Shown: positions 25,889 to 41,445, numbered from the stretch's first letter. The stretch: DNA of 64,000 nucleotides from the human T2T-CHM13v2.0 reference genome, Homo sapiens (GCF_009914755.1 NC_060946.1), one strand, 5' to 3'. Made by a program: numbers and translations. Notes: generated from the sequence alone by a model not told the origin.

Positions 25889-26815
25889 GATTGTGGCTTT
25901 TTCTTATGTGAATTGCCTATTCATAGAAGTTTGTCTCCTTTTTCTCTATTGATCATTCATGATCTTTATACAAGATGCGAATCCATTTTTGGTTACGTAT
26001 TTTGCAAATATCTCCTACACTATGGATAATTGTTTCACTTTGTTTATAATGTCCTTAGCTTAATAAAAAATATTTTTAATACAGTCGTGTTAATCAAGCA
26101 TGTTTTATGGTTTGCGCTTTTATATCTTAAGATACTGTTCTTTGAGTTCACAAAAATGTCATCATGTGTCTTAAAAGTTCTAAAGTATTGCTTTTGACAT
26201 TTTTAGGTCTCTAATCCATCTAGATTTTATTGGGGTGCATAGTGTGAGGTAGGAATCTATCTTCCTCAATATGGATAAACTATGTTTTAGTTCATAATTT
26301 TTTTCCTGCAATTACCATGTATGCCTGGGTGTGTTTATGAACTCCTCATTGTGGCTCATTGGGTTTTTTTTTGTCTATTTCTCCACCATATGGTCTTCAT
26401 GGCTGGGTTTTGATAACTCGTAGGACAGCTTACCTTGACTGTTTTTAAAATTGCCTGTTTTATTGACCCTTTAATCTTCTTATTTAGGTTCTACAACAAA
26501 ACCTGATGTAATTTTTATTGGAATTGCATTGATTTACAAGTTAGTTGGGAACAATTGACTTTTTTTATATTGAACTATTATATTATTGCATATGCCCTCT
26601 CCATTTATTTGTGGCTTTCAGTAATGTTTTATTATATTTTTCTATACAGATCTTGGACTTTTTTGTTAGATTTATTTTCAAGAAACTTGTAGTTTCTATG
26701 GCTATTATGAATAGAATATTTTTCTGTATTCTATCTATATTTCAACTAGTTATTGTGGCATATGGGAATACCATTGATTATCATGCATTAATCTTGTATC
26801 TAGCAAACTTCCTGA

Positions 26816-27219
<404 letters not shown>

Positions 27220-27448
27220 AGTTTTGACTCTTGACCATGGATTGGGGCAACAAAGATCTCAACAAATTTTAAAAAAAAAATGTTATACTTTCTACTTCTT
27301 GTTTCTTTTTCTTACCTTATTTCATTTGCCTCCAGTGTAAGATTGAATGGTAGAGAAAGATATTTGACATCCTTTTCTTGTTCCTGACCTTAATAGGAGT
27401 GCTTGTAAAGTTTTGTGATACACATATTTGCAGTGTCTTTGATAATTA

Positions 27449-27793
27449 CAGTGATGGATTGCTTAGTGACAGGGATACTTTCTGAGAGATGCATCATTAG
27501 ACAATTTCATCATTGTGGGAACATCCTAGAGTGCACTCACACAAACCTAAACGGGATAGCCTTCTACATGCCTAAGCTATCTGATATAGTCTATTGCTCC
27601 TGGGCTACAGACCTGTACAGCATGTTACTGTACTGAATTTGGGAGGCAATTGTGACACAGTGGTAAGTATTTGTGTACCTAAACATATCTCAACATAGAA
27701 AAGGTACAGCAAAAGTATGGTATTATAAGCTTATGGGACCACCGTTGTATATACAATCCATCATTGATGGAAATGTAATGTGGCACGTGACTG
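27449..27793. mobile_element. Tigger3a (MER7A)-like TcMar DNA transposon
   Basis: CAG...CTG ends with TA TSDs, 345 bp, cctgtacagcatgttactgtactgaat hallmark. Confidence 0.8.
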
Positions 27794-28956
27794 TAACTTT
27801 AATAAGGTTAAATCAGTCTTGTATTTGTAATTTTCTAATATCTTAAAAAAAGATGTTTTATTATTGAATATTATAGGTTTTTTCTGCAATTGTTGATAAT
27901 CTGATGACTTGTCTCAATCTATCAATGTAGTATATTTTAGATACTTAAGGTATCCTGATATATTTCCCAGATAAACCTTTCTTAGTCATATGTTTTCAAT
28001 ACACAGCTCTTTCGGATTGCTAACAGTTTATTTAGGATTTTTGAAACCAGGCACATAAGTAAGATTGTTTTATAATTTTTTTCTCTTAGACTGTCTTTGT
28101 CAAGTGTTGTACTAATCTCATAAAATGAATTCACAACTATTTCTGAGACAATTTTTTGTAAAATTTGGATCATGCAGTTCTTGCAGATTAGATACAATTT
28201 GCTTGTAACCCTATTTGATTACTGTGTCAAAATGCTGTAATCATAATTGAACACAAATTCAGGTATTATTCTTTTCCTTATTGAGTGAACTTTGGTAACT
28301 AATGTTTCTAGACATTTATTATTTCATCTAATTTTTCAAATAGGTTGACATAAAAAATATTCATGGTATTTTCTCGTTATTTAAAAAATTCTACTGTATC
28401 GGATTATTTTCTTTTTAATCATAATAATGTTTACTTTTGAGTTTTTTTGTGGTTGATGATGATTAGTCTTGTTAGAGTTTTGTCTGTAATCCCTTCAAAT
28501 AACCTGCTTTTGTTTTATTGTTTCTTTGTTGTGTATTTAATAGTGTCTGACCTTATGTTTGTTTCTTTTTCCTTCTTTTTTCCATTGGTTTAGATTTTTG
28601 TTCTTGGTCTTCAGTTTTAGTATTAAAATGTTTAACTCACCTTCAATATTTTTTATCCCACTTAAACTGTTTTCTTTAAGATAATACATTTAAGATAATA
28701 CATTTACCTGGAATTGCTGTTTTAGTGCCATCTACTAAGTGTCTTGTTGTATCTTTTGTTCTTTTTTTCTTTTAACCTGTAAGTTATCTAGAACTTGAGT
28801 TTCAAGTTTATTAACATTTAGGATGATTTGGAGTAACTTTCTATTGTTAATTTTTAATTTAATGGCATTTAGGACAGATAACATGGTAGAATGCATAACA
28901 TCTTTTCTTTGAAATTGTTGAGATCTCTTTGTTGCTCTAGTTATTGGTAGAGTTTA

Positions 28957-29293
<337 letters not shown>

Positions 29294-29766
29294 CTACTGA
29301 GTAGAAAATAATGTAACTGTTTATGAGGCACAGGGTTCAATACATGGCAAATGAATCAACCTTGTTAAATTTTTATTTCAACATTACATACGAATATAAA
29401 AGCATAAACCATAAAGGAAAAGTTTTAAAATACATGATTATGTATTTTTTAAAACTACCTCCTGTTAACTTTGGTTTTGAGTTCTTAATCTGTTTCTAAG
29501 AGAGTCCTGTTATATCCTTACCATGAGAATGGTTATACCAAAGTTTGTTAACAGTTCTGTCATAGTTTCTCTTTATGTATTTTATGGTTATATATTTAGG
29601 TGCATCTAAGTTTTGTATTGCTTTATTTTCTTGAAGATCATTGCTTCGATTCTTACTTGGTGTCTTTCTTTCTCCATGAATAAGTTTTGCCTTATTTTAT
29701 TTCGCTTGATTTATTTTAGTCAGTTTACCTGCAAGACTTTTTCTATTTCATTTTAAAGCTTTGTAG

Positions 29767-29767
<1 letters not shown>

Positions 29768-29806
<39 letters not shown>
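29768..29806 (+). repeat. (GT)n microsatellite
   Basis: direct reading. Confidence 0.95.
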
Positions 29807-29809
<3 letters not shown>

Positions 29810-31891
29810 CATGTTCATGTGTTTTCTTTAAACAGCTGGATAATTTTAATGCAATATTTTAGTCTCTAGCTTTTCATATAAAAATTTAATTTATTTGCAT
29901 TTGTTATAATGACTGATATATTTGAAACTATTTTGTGTTTTGTTAGTTTCTTGTCCCTTTACATTGCTCTCCCTCTATTGCTTTCCTACTTTTGGATAGA
30001 TTGATGTTTTCTATGTTCTCTTTTGACCTATTGATTCAGAAGCTATAAACTCTATTTCTGTTCTTTTGGTGGTTACTCATACATTTCCAGATATATGCTT
30101 AATCATAATTTTTTACTAACATTAATTTTCACAGTAATGCTGTGGGATAGATATTATTATTTCCTTCATATAAATGAAAGAAGTGAGGCTCGGAAAAGTA
30201 AAGTAAAGCAACTTGCCCAGGATTGCATAGCAAGTTAGTACCCTAGGCGGATTCTAAATGAGGTCTATATTATTTGAATATCTGTCATTTTAAAAACCTA
30301 TTATGATTCTGCTTAAAAGCGATAAGGTCCACTTAGCTAGAACCATATTTTTGTGCACCATCTTTTTTTCATAGTGTTCTCAGGCAGCCAGTTCTGCCAT
30401 TAATTTGTGAAGCCCTCAGCAACACGCATTCTGTCTCCAAGCCTCAATTTCCCCATCTGTAAAGTGGTTTGGTTATCCCTAACGGCACTTCTAGACCATA
30501 TTTTAATAGTGTTTGGAGATTCCTTTGACAATGGACATTTGACAAGCTCCCCAAACAATTTGCCTTTATGATAAATGGTGAACCAACTAAGGTTGGAATA
30601 TAGTTACTCACAACAACACTAAACATCATGTAGATTTATTAGTTAATTATTCACCATCTTTATCAAAGTTTGAATCTTTGTGCTTTAAAAGGGAAACTCG
30701 CAGAATGACATTTATTTCCCATTAACCTAATGAGTGATATTTTTTGCCCTCCTCTCTGTAGCAATTTGTTATAAATGGGAGGATGACTGGTGTGAGATTT
30801 TCTTGTGAATTCTGTTTGCAGTGCTTCCTCTGGAAAGGAGTTAGTGCCAGCATTTTCAGGGCCTTTCAGGCAGTGAAGATCGTAGAATCTGAGCCATCTC
30901 TACTGCATGGTCAGTGTCAACATCAGGGAATGTCCCTGATGCTAACTCGCCCCACAGGAGAATTAAAGGCACTTTAGGATATATGCAAAACAAAAACAGA
31001 CACAAATATAAGAAATGTGCAAAGCCCACTGCCTAAGCATACTCATGAGTCTGGGTTCTAGAGTAAGTAAATCTGAGTTTATGAAGCAGCTCCACTAGGC
31101 ACTGTGGTGCAGTAGTTACAGACTTACATCCTAATGCTGAGCTGTCTGGATTCAGATCTCTGCATAGCCACTTAGTAGCAATATGACATTGGGCAGATCA
31201 TTTGCTCTTTCATATCAGTTGTTCCTCCATGTAAGAGCCCTGGATAACCTCTTTCACTTTGTAACCTGCCCCTCAACTCGGGGTTTTATACCCTCATGGC
31301 AACCACCCCGAAATGCATAGCCCAGATTATTTCTTGCCTCTCCGCCTTTGCTCATTAAGTGCTTTCTACCTAAAATGCTCTTCCTCCACCTCCCCTAGCT
31401 AGGAGTAGCTACCTCCTACTTCCCAATTCCATCCCAGCCTGAGCTGGGTAATGCTCTTCTGTGCCCCCATAATATATATTTTTTCAGAATTAAAGACTAA
31501 AACACACCTATCTAATGTTATATTTTACTAAAATTACCACTTTCCAGCCAGAAAAGCTGGATTCATATTCCAACTCTGCCACTTACTAGCTGTGTGATCT
31601 GAGGCAAATTACTTCATCTTTGCATACTTCAGTTTCATTATCTGTAAAATGGGAATCATAATACTATACACCTCATTGATTCATCATGATGACTAAATGC
31701 ATCAATAGCTATAAAGTGTTTAGAATAGTATATGACACTTAAAACTGTCTATAAATGTAAGCTATTACTACATTTGTAAAGGCAATAATAATAAGGTCTA
31801 TTTAAGGAGATTGTCACAGGAGTTAAATGCAATAACGTGACAAAGAGCCTGGCACAATGCCCAGCCCTTAACTCAGTTCAGCAGGTGAGAT

Positions 31892-31898
31892 TGTGTGT

Positions 31899-31935
<37 letters not shown>
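31892..31935 (+). repeat. (TG)n microsatellite
   Basis: direct reading. Confidence 0.95.
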
Positions 31936-31937
<2 letters not shown>

Positions 31938-33481
31938 ATAGAACAGCATTTTGAACCTACCAAAACAATACATTTCAGATATAAAGACCGTATTCTGAGA
32001 ACCAACTCGTTTTTCAAAGAACTCAAAACCAGCAGTAGAGAAATAGAAATACAAAATCTAGAGGAACACATTCGAGGTCTTCAGACAATACTCATAATCC
32101 TTTATATTTGCAAAGCACTCAACAGCTTACAAAGTGCTTTGGAATCCATTATCACATCTGATCCTTGTCTTATCTCAACACGAAGGATAGGGTGTTTTTT
32201 TTAACCTCTCTTTTTGTGGATGAGAAAACTCAGGTTCAGAGATGTGGCGTGACTCAGCCACTGCTCCATCATCAGCAAATGGTGAGCCAGGGTTTAAAGC
32301 CTAGATCTGCTCATTCTCAACCCCATGTTTTTTCTAGAATATTCCAGGACATTCTGAGCATCCCAGGAAATGGTTAGCATTTCATGTGGAGACACAGATT
32401 TCCAGGTGTGTAAAAACCACATCCCAGTGTTGAGGCATCTGCACCCTGTTTTCCTTGAAACTCCCCATCTGATGGACAGGCCCGTATTGTATCGTCTGGT
32501 CTCCTGAAGAGTCCAAGAAGGGAGTTGTTAGTTTCTTTCAGAGATGTTAACACGTTGTCTTTTAAGTCAGCACTATTTCTAGAGAGGTGACCAGCTGTCG
32601 AAATTTCATGTAGGGCCCTGGTGTAATTCTGCACCTCTTCTGTTTTGGCTTAACCTGTACTTTTTGGCCACTGAAGGCTGTCAAGGAGTCTAAGGTCACA
32701 CTCCTGGTGCCCAGTCCAGGATGCGGCTTCTTTGGGACTCCCTTGACAGCTGTCCCTGGCAAATTCAAGATTCTGGGGGAAGGAATGTACTCACCTCTGG
32801 GTAAGGTTCCTCTGCAGAAAATGATCTCATTTGTTTGTCCTCCAACTGGAAAAGAGGACCAAAGGACAGAAAGGATTGACTTCAAAAGGAGCACATTTAC
32901 AATTTACTGAGGTGTAACACAAATACAGAGTACTCCGTATCCCACGTGTACAGCTCAGTGAATTTTCATAAACTCATAAAACAACACCCAGATCAATAAC
33001 ATTAATAACTCTCCAGAAGTCCAGAGGCTCTGTCCAGTCCCTGCCCACCCAGGACTGTCCTAACTGCTGTCAGCAGAACCTGGCCAGCAGCAGAGGGATT
33101 CACCTGGCACATGAGGCTCTTACAAGATGAGGTGAGGTCACACTGATGACTTGCGTGCAAGAGATGGGATGACAGAGTGGCTTTGGATCCATACGGGCTA
33201 TGATAGCAGCAATGATAGTAACTCATATTTCTTGTACATTTATTCTGTGTCAAGCATTAGGCTAGGCATGTATTTAATTTTCACAGCAGCCCAATGTGGT
33301 TGGTGCCAATCCCATTTCTCAGTTGAGGAAACTGAGGCTCGGAGAGGAGAATGGTCTTGTCCAAGGTCACACGGTGTGAGTGGCAGAGGCAGGATTTAAA
33401 CCAGGGAACCTGGTTCCGGAAAACTTAGACCCTGGCCACTGCTTTGCCACCTAAGCTCATGGGTCTCCCTTTGGCTTTCAG

Positions 33482-33634
33482 ATTGGCCATCGGGACTTTG
33501 ATGTGGAGAAGCGACTTCGGAGAGACCTCAGGAGGACACATGCACTGTTGTCAGACGTGCAGCTCCTTCTGGGCACCATGGAGGATGGCAAGACATCAGT
33601 CAGCAAGGAGGAGCTGGAGAAAGTGCACAGCCAG
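33482..33634 (+). CDS. MYO18B: MYO18B exon I (153 nt, phase 0-0): IGHRDFDVEKRLRRDLRRTHALLSDVQLLLGTMEDGKTSVSKEELEKVHSQ
   Basis: acceptor ttggctttcag|ATT, donor CAG|gtgggt. Confidence 0.95.
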
Positions 33635-33925
33635 GTGGGTGTCACGGGATCCCCTTGAGAATCAGGCTGGGGAGGATGCTACGACCTGCAGAGAATTGCT
33701 GTCCCTCCCAGGTATGAGCGGAACCATGGTGCCAACCTCCAACTTTCACAGATGTGCAGGGAGATGGGGGGCATTTCAGGGCTGTGAGGGTCATGTGGAG
33801 TGTAGGTGAGGAGGAGGGGTCTAAGAAGGAGTCCTGTTCCCTTTTTCAGAGATGAGGCAGAATTCTTCTGTCTGGAAGGCTTGGGCAGATCAGCACTGGC
33901 CAGAATGGCTGAGTGCAGTGTGCCT

Positions 33926-33926
33926 G

Positions 33927-33964
<38 letters not shown>

Positions 33965-34024
33965 GTATGCGTGTATGCGTGTGTGTGTGGTGACTGCCAG
34001 GACTAGGTATGAGCCAAATAGCAA

Positions 34025-34070
<46 letters not shown>

Positions 34071-34109
34071 TGACTGCCAGGACTAGGTATGAGCCAAATA
34101 GCAATAGTG
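33926..34109 (+). repeat. tandem duplication of a (TG)n tract plus a 40-bp unique unit (period 80 bp)
   Basis: GTGACTGCCAGGACTAGGTATGAGCCAAATAGCAATAGTG occurs at 33990 and 34070, each preceded by (TG)n. Confidence 0.93.
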
Positions 34110-35124
34110 CAATAGTGCCAGTCATGCAAAACCAATGCTTAACAATAGCAACAGTTATACAAACGTTGGCAGTTTGACTGCCTATTAGTATGCTAATGAT
34201 ATTGATCAAGGCATGATGTTGACCACTGGCTGCTACCAGCTGGAGCCCTCACTAGGTACTGGGTCCTCTGTATCTCTGCACATGGTGCTGCATGGTGTTC
34301 TCAGGATTGCTGAGTGAGGTGAGATCATCAACTTCATTTCACAAGTGCAGGTGATCGGGTGGCAGAAAGGTACGATGACCCACCCAAAGTCACACAGCTT
34401 GAAAGCGGCAGAGCCAGGATTTGAACCCAGGTCTTCAGGCTCTACCATCCTTGGGCCGACTCAAAGGAGGACAGGAGGAGCGGCAGGTCTGAGGGTGGTA
34501 GGGAGGTGAGGCCGGAGCAGAGACTGGGGACCTAAGGAGATGTGATGAGTGTGGGCGGTCGCGGTGGCAGACTGTGGCCCAGGGCAGCTAGTGTTGAGAA
34601 GTGTGAATGGATCCCACAGGGTGGTGCAAGCCTTGCGGAGAGATGTCCCAAAGCTGAATGATGTAGCAGGAACTCAGGATTTGCTACCGGTCCCCATGGG
34701 GAGCTGAAGACACCTGGGGAGGCTCAGAGCTCTGTTGGAAGTGTTGTGTCCATGCAATTGATGTTACCTTCCCTCGGATAAGTCATTCTTGCTAAGCCCA
34801 GATGCCTTCGCCACCTGCCTTCTTGGAGGGTTACTGTCCCTTCCTCCAGTCAGAGGCTGAGCTGGGCCTGGGACCCATGTTTCCTGACTCCAAACCCAGT
34901 GCCCTTCTCTCTTCCTTCTGGAGACACAGCCCATGATGACCAACAGGTCCCCAGGAAGACAGCAAAAGGCAGCAGACTATAGCGCCAAGGGTTGGAAACA
35001 GCGATCCCACAGCTTCGGCTGCTTCCAGTCTCTGGTGTCAGTTTCTATCTGTAAAACAAAACATTTCAGTTAGAGCTTATTCGCTTAACTAGAAGACCTC
35101 AACCAAAACAAAACAAAACAAAAA

Positions 35125-35400
35125 CCTAAATTTAGACTTGATTTGAATTTCACCAGTCTCTCCCATTTCCTCTCCCGGGATCCAACCCGGGACCACACTC
35201 TGCATTTTGCTGTCATACCTGCCCAGTCTCCTCTGGTCTGGGACAGTTTCTCAGGCTGACCTTGCTTTTTATGACCCTGACAGTTTTGAGGAGCACTGGA
35301 CAGGTATCCTATGGCATGTCTTCTAATCTGGGTTTGATGGTTTTCTCATGAATAGAGCGAGTTTATGTGCTATTGGAAAGAATATGGCAGAAGCAAACTT
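35125..35400 (-). mobile_element. L1MC-type 3' fragment
   Basis: gggatccaacccgggaccacactctgcattt...cagttttgaggagcactgg phrases. Confidence 0.6.
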
Positions 35401-35485
35401 GTTAAACCAGAAGACACTGGGAGGGCCCTTCCATCTTGAAAATTCTGCGACTCTTAGCCATCTCCTTTATCAAATCATTCTCTTC

Positions 35486-35580
35486 TAGGGTGACCCACCA
35501 TCCTGACTTGTCTGAGACTTTCTTAGTTTTAGCACTGCCAGTCCTGGGTCCTGGGCAAGCCAGGATGGCTGGTCATTCTA
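35486..35580. mobile_element. MER81-like hAT-Blackjack MITE
   Basis: TIRs tagggtgacc / ggtcattcta; 8-bp TSD ttctcttc / tcctcttc. Confidence 0.75.
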
Positions 35581-37835
35581 TCCTCTTCATGGCCATGTCA
35601 GGAAGCCAGTATCACCTGTGCTTGAACGCATTGCCCCGCTTAATCCTCATGATACCCCTAGGGGAGGGGAGGTGGCATTGTGCCCATTTTACAGATGAGA
35701 AAATGTTGTCCAGAGGTGGCAAGTGGTGTGTCCAAAGTAACACAGCAGGTAAGTGGCAGAGTCGGGGATTTGAATACCAAGTTTGTGATTCTAAGTGCAG
35801 AATTGAGAGATGCTTTTGACTCACATTGCGTCTTCCTGTCTGCTTGGCTGACCAGGTGGGTACGGAACCTTGAGGCACCTGGCTTGCTTCTAGGTAGGCA
35901 GAGTTGCTGTGTGATTGCCCAGCCAGGGGCCAGGCATTTTGAGTTGAGCAACTCCCTTGGCAGAAGGCCACATACCTGCCCATTTTCCATCAAAATGTCC
36001 CCAGTGCCACAGCACCCAAGCTTCCCTTCCCCCAACAGGTGGATGTTTTTGAAAAGAAACCACACAGAGATTTTGTTACTTTTTCTTTTTTTTTTATTAA
36101 GTATTCATGAGAATTCTCCCTCTGCAGGGTTAAAATGCATGTTCTTGGGAAAAAGTGGTATTTAATGAAGGCGCTTTGAGCTGAATCAAAGAGCCTCATT
36201 CTTCTGAAAGTCCTTCTTCCTAGTCTCTGCATCCGGCTCCTATCAAAGGAAATCCACAGCCTTGGCTTTTCGTTGCTGTTGTCATGGAAATCGTTATAAG
36301 GATGGGATCGCGTGGACCAGAGGTCAGGGTACAGTTGCTTTGGCTCCCAGCGCACGTGTCCCAGATGCCAGAGTCAGAGCTAATCAAATAAAGCAGTGAT
36401 GACATTGGGCATTGCTGCATCTCCTCTCCAATGTACAGTATTTGTCCTTTGCCTGAAGGCTCCAGGGACATAGGTAGGGAAAGCAGACAGGAGGATGAAG
36501 GAAGAGGGAGCTAACTTTGCTGCTGGCTGCTACTTAAGTGCTGAGCATGGTGCTGAACAATTTCATTCATTCAATATTTATGCAGTACCTACTGTGTGTC
36601 AGGCAGTGTGCTGGATATAAGCACCATGGATAGTGAGACAGCGGTGGTACCCACCGTCATAGAATTTACATCTGATGGAAAAGAAGACAAACAATGATAC
36701 GAATAAATAGAATCATCCCACACCTTAATTTGAATGAGAAAGGAAATAAATAGGGTGCTAAGATAGAGAACTGCAGGGGCGTCCTGTTTAGCTTGGGTGG
36801 TCAGCTAAAATACCCTGGGAGAAGGAGAAATAGGCAGGGACCAGAACATACGGGGCCTGGAAGTTTGGATTTTATCCCGGGGGTGGTGAGAAGCCATTGG
36901 GAGGTTGTGAGCGAAGCGTGACAGAATCTGATTCACGTTTTAGAGGATTGTACTTCTGCATGGAGATTGGATTGTGGAGGGTATGAGGGAATATCCTTAG
37001 AAGGCTAATGCACCCTTCTAGGCCAGAGGAAATGGTCACCTGGGTTGGGGGAGTATTGATAGAGATGGCAAGAAGGGACAAACTTGGAGCTGATTTGGAA
37101 TTGATGGGATGTGCAGATGAGGTTTGGTTAGCAACACTTAAGTGTGTTATTTCAGAAAATCCTTGCCATAACCCTAGGAGGTGGATATTCCTATTTTTAA
37201 CCCATTTTACTAATGAAGAGGCAGTCTCTGAGAGGTTGAGCAATTTACCTAAGGGCACACAGCAATACATGTCCTATACCCTTACAACTTGGTTTGCCCA
37301 ATACGGGTCCTATTAACTTCTATTGTCAGGCACTTACTATGTACCAGACTTTTCCTTAGTGTCTTGGGGTTTCTCAAATTTGGCTGCACATCAGAGAAGT
37401 TAAACACCATTTTAAAATCACAGACTTCTGGATTCTGCCCCCTCCCCCACCCCATTTTAAAAAAATCAAGTTTTGGTTGGAATTCAGGATCTGCATTTTT
37501 AAACAACCACATGAAGGGGTTCTGGGGGGAACCATAGGCTTTATTTATCCCTCAGAACACCCTTTCGAGTTCAGTGGTAGCATGTATATTTTGCAGATGA
37601 GGAAACTGTCACTGAGGTTATATTAGTGTGACAGATCTTATTTCCCCCTATTTTAAAATTAGTTAATTTTTGAGTAGAGAAAACTGGATCCAGCACTTGC
37701 TAATTCATGACTTTTGACAAGTGTCCCGACCTCTCTGAGCCCTTTTTCTAAAGCGAAGCATCATCATCATCATCACATGATGGCCCAGGGGCTGAGGAGG
37801 GAAAGGCAATGAAGCCTTCAGAAACTTGAGCAGGT

Positions 37836-38807
<972 letters not shown>

Positions 38808-39019
38808 GAAAGTTTTGTTGTATAAAGGACATGTAGGAGGGAATGTGTTCGAATGCACATGTTAGAACTGTGTTCACTCTGCAAATATGGATATGATCTC
38901 CACTCTGGGATGAATTTGAGGCCAAGCTACAGGGATAAAGAGGAAATGTCAAGGTCTCTGCCCTTAAGGGGCTCCTAGTCCTAGAAGCAGGCTATAACAA
39001 GCAGAGTGATAAACTCTTT

Positions 39020-40091
39020 TGTTGTGGGAAATCAGGGACCCCAAATGGAGGGACCAGCTGAAGCCATGGCAGAAGAACGTGGATTGTAAAGATTCCATGG
39101 ACATTTATTAGTTCCCCAAATTAATACTTTTATAATTTCTTATGCCTGTCTTTATTGCAGTCTCTAAACATAAATTGTAAAGATTTCATGGACACTTATC
39201 ACTTCCCCAGTCAGTACCCTTGTGATTTCCTATGCCTGTCTTTACTTTAATCTCTTAATCCTGTCAGCTGAGGAGGATGTATATCGCCTCAGGACCCTGT
39301 AATAATTGCATTAACTGCACAAATTGTACAGCATGTGTGCTTGAGCAATATGAAATGTGGGCACCTTGAAAAAAGAACAGGATAACAGCAATTGTTCAGG
39401 GAATAAGAGAGATAACCTTAAACTCTGACTGCCGGTGAGCCGGGCGGAACAGAGCCATATTTCTCTTCTTTCAAAAGCAAATGGGAGAAATATCGCTGAA
39501 TTCTTTTTCTCAGCATGGAACATCCCTGGGAAAGAGAATACGTGCCTGGAGGTATAGGCTTATAAACAGCCCCCCTAGGTGCGCCTGTCTCTTATGGTCG
39601 AGACTGCAGGGGTGAAAGAGACTCCAGTCTCCCATAGCTCTCCCAGGCTTATTAGGAAGAGGAAATTCCCGCCTAATAAATTTTGGTCAGACCGGTTGAT
39701 CTCAAAACCCTGTCTCCTGATAAGATGTTATCAATGACAATGGTGCCTGAAACTTCATTAGCAATTTTAATTTCGCCTCGGTCCTGTGGTCCTGTGATCT
39801 TGCCCTGCCTCCACTTGCCTTGTTGTATTCTATTACCTTGTAAAGTACTTGACATCTGTGACCCACACCTATTCGCGTACTCCCTCCCCTTTTGAAACTC
39901 CCTAATAAAAACTTGCTGGTTTTTGTGGCTTGTGGGGCATCACGGAACCTACCGACGTGTGATGTCTCCCCCGGACACCCAGCTTTTAAAATTTCTCTCT
40001 TTTGTACTCTGTCCCTTTATTTCTCAAGCTGGCTGACGCTTAAGGAAAATAGAAAAGAACCTACGTGAATATCGGGGCAGATTCCCCGATA
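39020..40091 (+). mobile_element. MER11 (probably MER11C; HERV-K11/HML-8) solo LTR, 1072 bp
   Basis: tgttgtgggaaatcagggacccc...gaatatcggggcagattccccgata termini, perfect 6-bp TSD ctcttt, TATAAA at 39561, AATAAA at 39904. Confidence 0.9.
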
Positions 40092-40497
40092 CTCTTTATT
40101 GGAGGACTATTTGGATTAGCTAAAGAGGAGGCCCTTAATTTTGCTTTGAGAGAGGAGCTGGTAGCTTTGGTTATCTCTTTAAAGATGGAAATGAATTGCT
40201 GGTTAGATAAGGTACATGTATGTAGACATTCTAGGAGGAAACACCAGTGCGTAAAAGGGCAGAGGCACACAGAGACAGAAAGCATATTCAGTTCGGCATG
40301 GTATTGCTGGAGTATAAGGTATCCAGGGGTTAAAAGGGCAGAGAGGATAGTGCTGGTAATGGAGGCTGGAGCCAGTTCATGAATGGTTTAGTGAGCTTGG
40401 CTGAGGAGCTTCAGTTTTATCCCAAAGCCACAGGGAGCCATAGAAAGCTACTGAGCAGAGGAAGGTGTGGCCAGAACGGCTTGTAAAAATTGGCAGG

Positions 40498-40637
40498 ATT
40501 CCAGGTGCAATGTCTCACACCTGTAATCCTAGCACTTTGGGAGACAGAGGGAGGTCTTTTTCTCTGAGCCCAGGAGTTTGAGACCAGCCTGGGCAACATA
40601 GTAAGACCCGGCCTCAAAAAAAAAAAAAAAAAAAAAA
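40498..40637 (+). mobile_element. Alu monomer (FLAM-like)
   Basis: single left arm followed by poly-A. Confidence 0.85.
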
Positions 40638-41092
40638 GGCAAGTCCCCAGCTAAATCACAGGAGCCCTGATGTGCAGAATATCAGGCTCTACCAGCAGCA
40701 ACAGTTTCCCTTAGCTACAGCATCTTCTCTCCAGATGGGCAGGCACCCCCTCTGTTCATTGCCCCTGCATCTAGAACCCTAAGATAATCATTTGGTTCTT
40801 TTCTCCCAGTTTCCCTCCACTGGGAGCTTTGGATACATCTCAGTGAACACCTGAGGCTTAAAACCCTCCTGATACAATACAGAAGACTCCTGAAAGCCAT
40901 ATATAGGATTCAAATCCTGCCAATGACACTTACCTTGCTGCAGATCTTGGGCAAGTCAGCTGCCTTGCATAGAGTCTTTCTTGCCTAATAAGGGGGTACG
41001 ATAATCTCAGCTGATTGGGCTGATATAAAGAACACTGGACCATGGATTTGAAAGGAGTCATTAAATTGAAAACCCTAAGACAGTGATCTCCT

Positions 41093-41445
<353 letters not shown>

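Noticed and set aside
39083-39260. ~91-bp tandem duplication inside the LTR
   Set aside because: to my recollection this is a standard feature of the MER11 consensus U3
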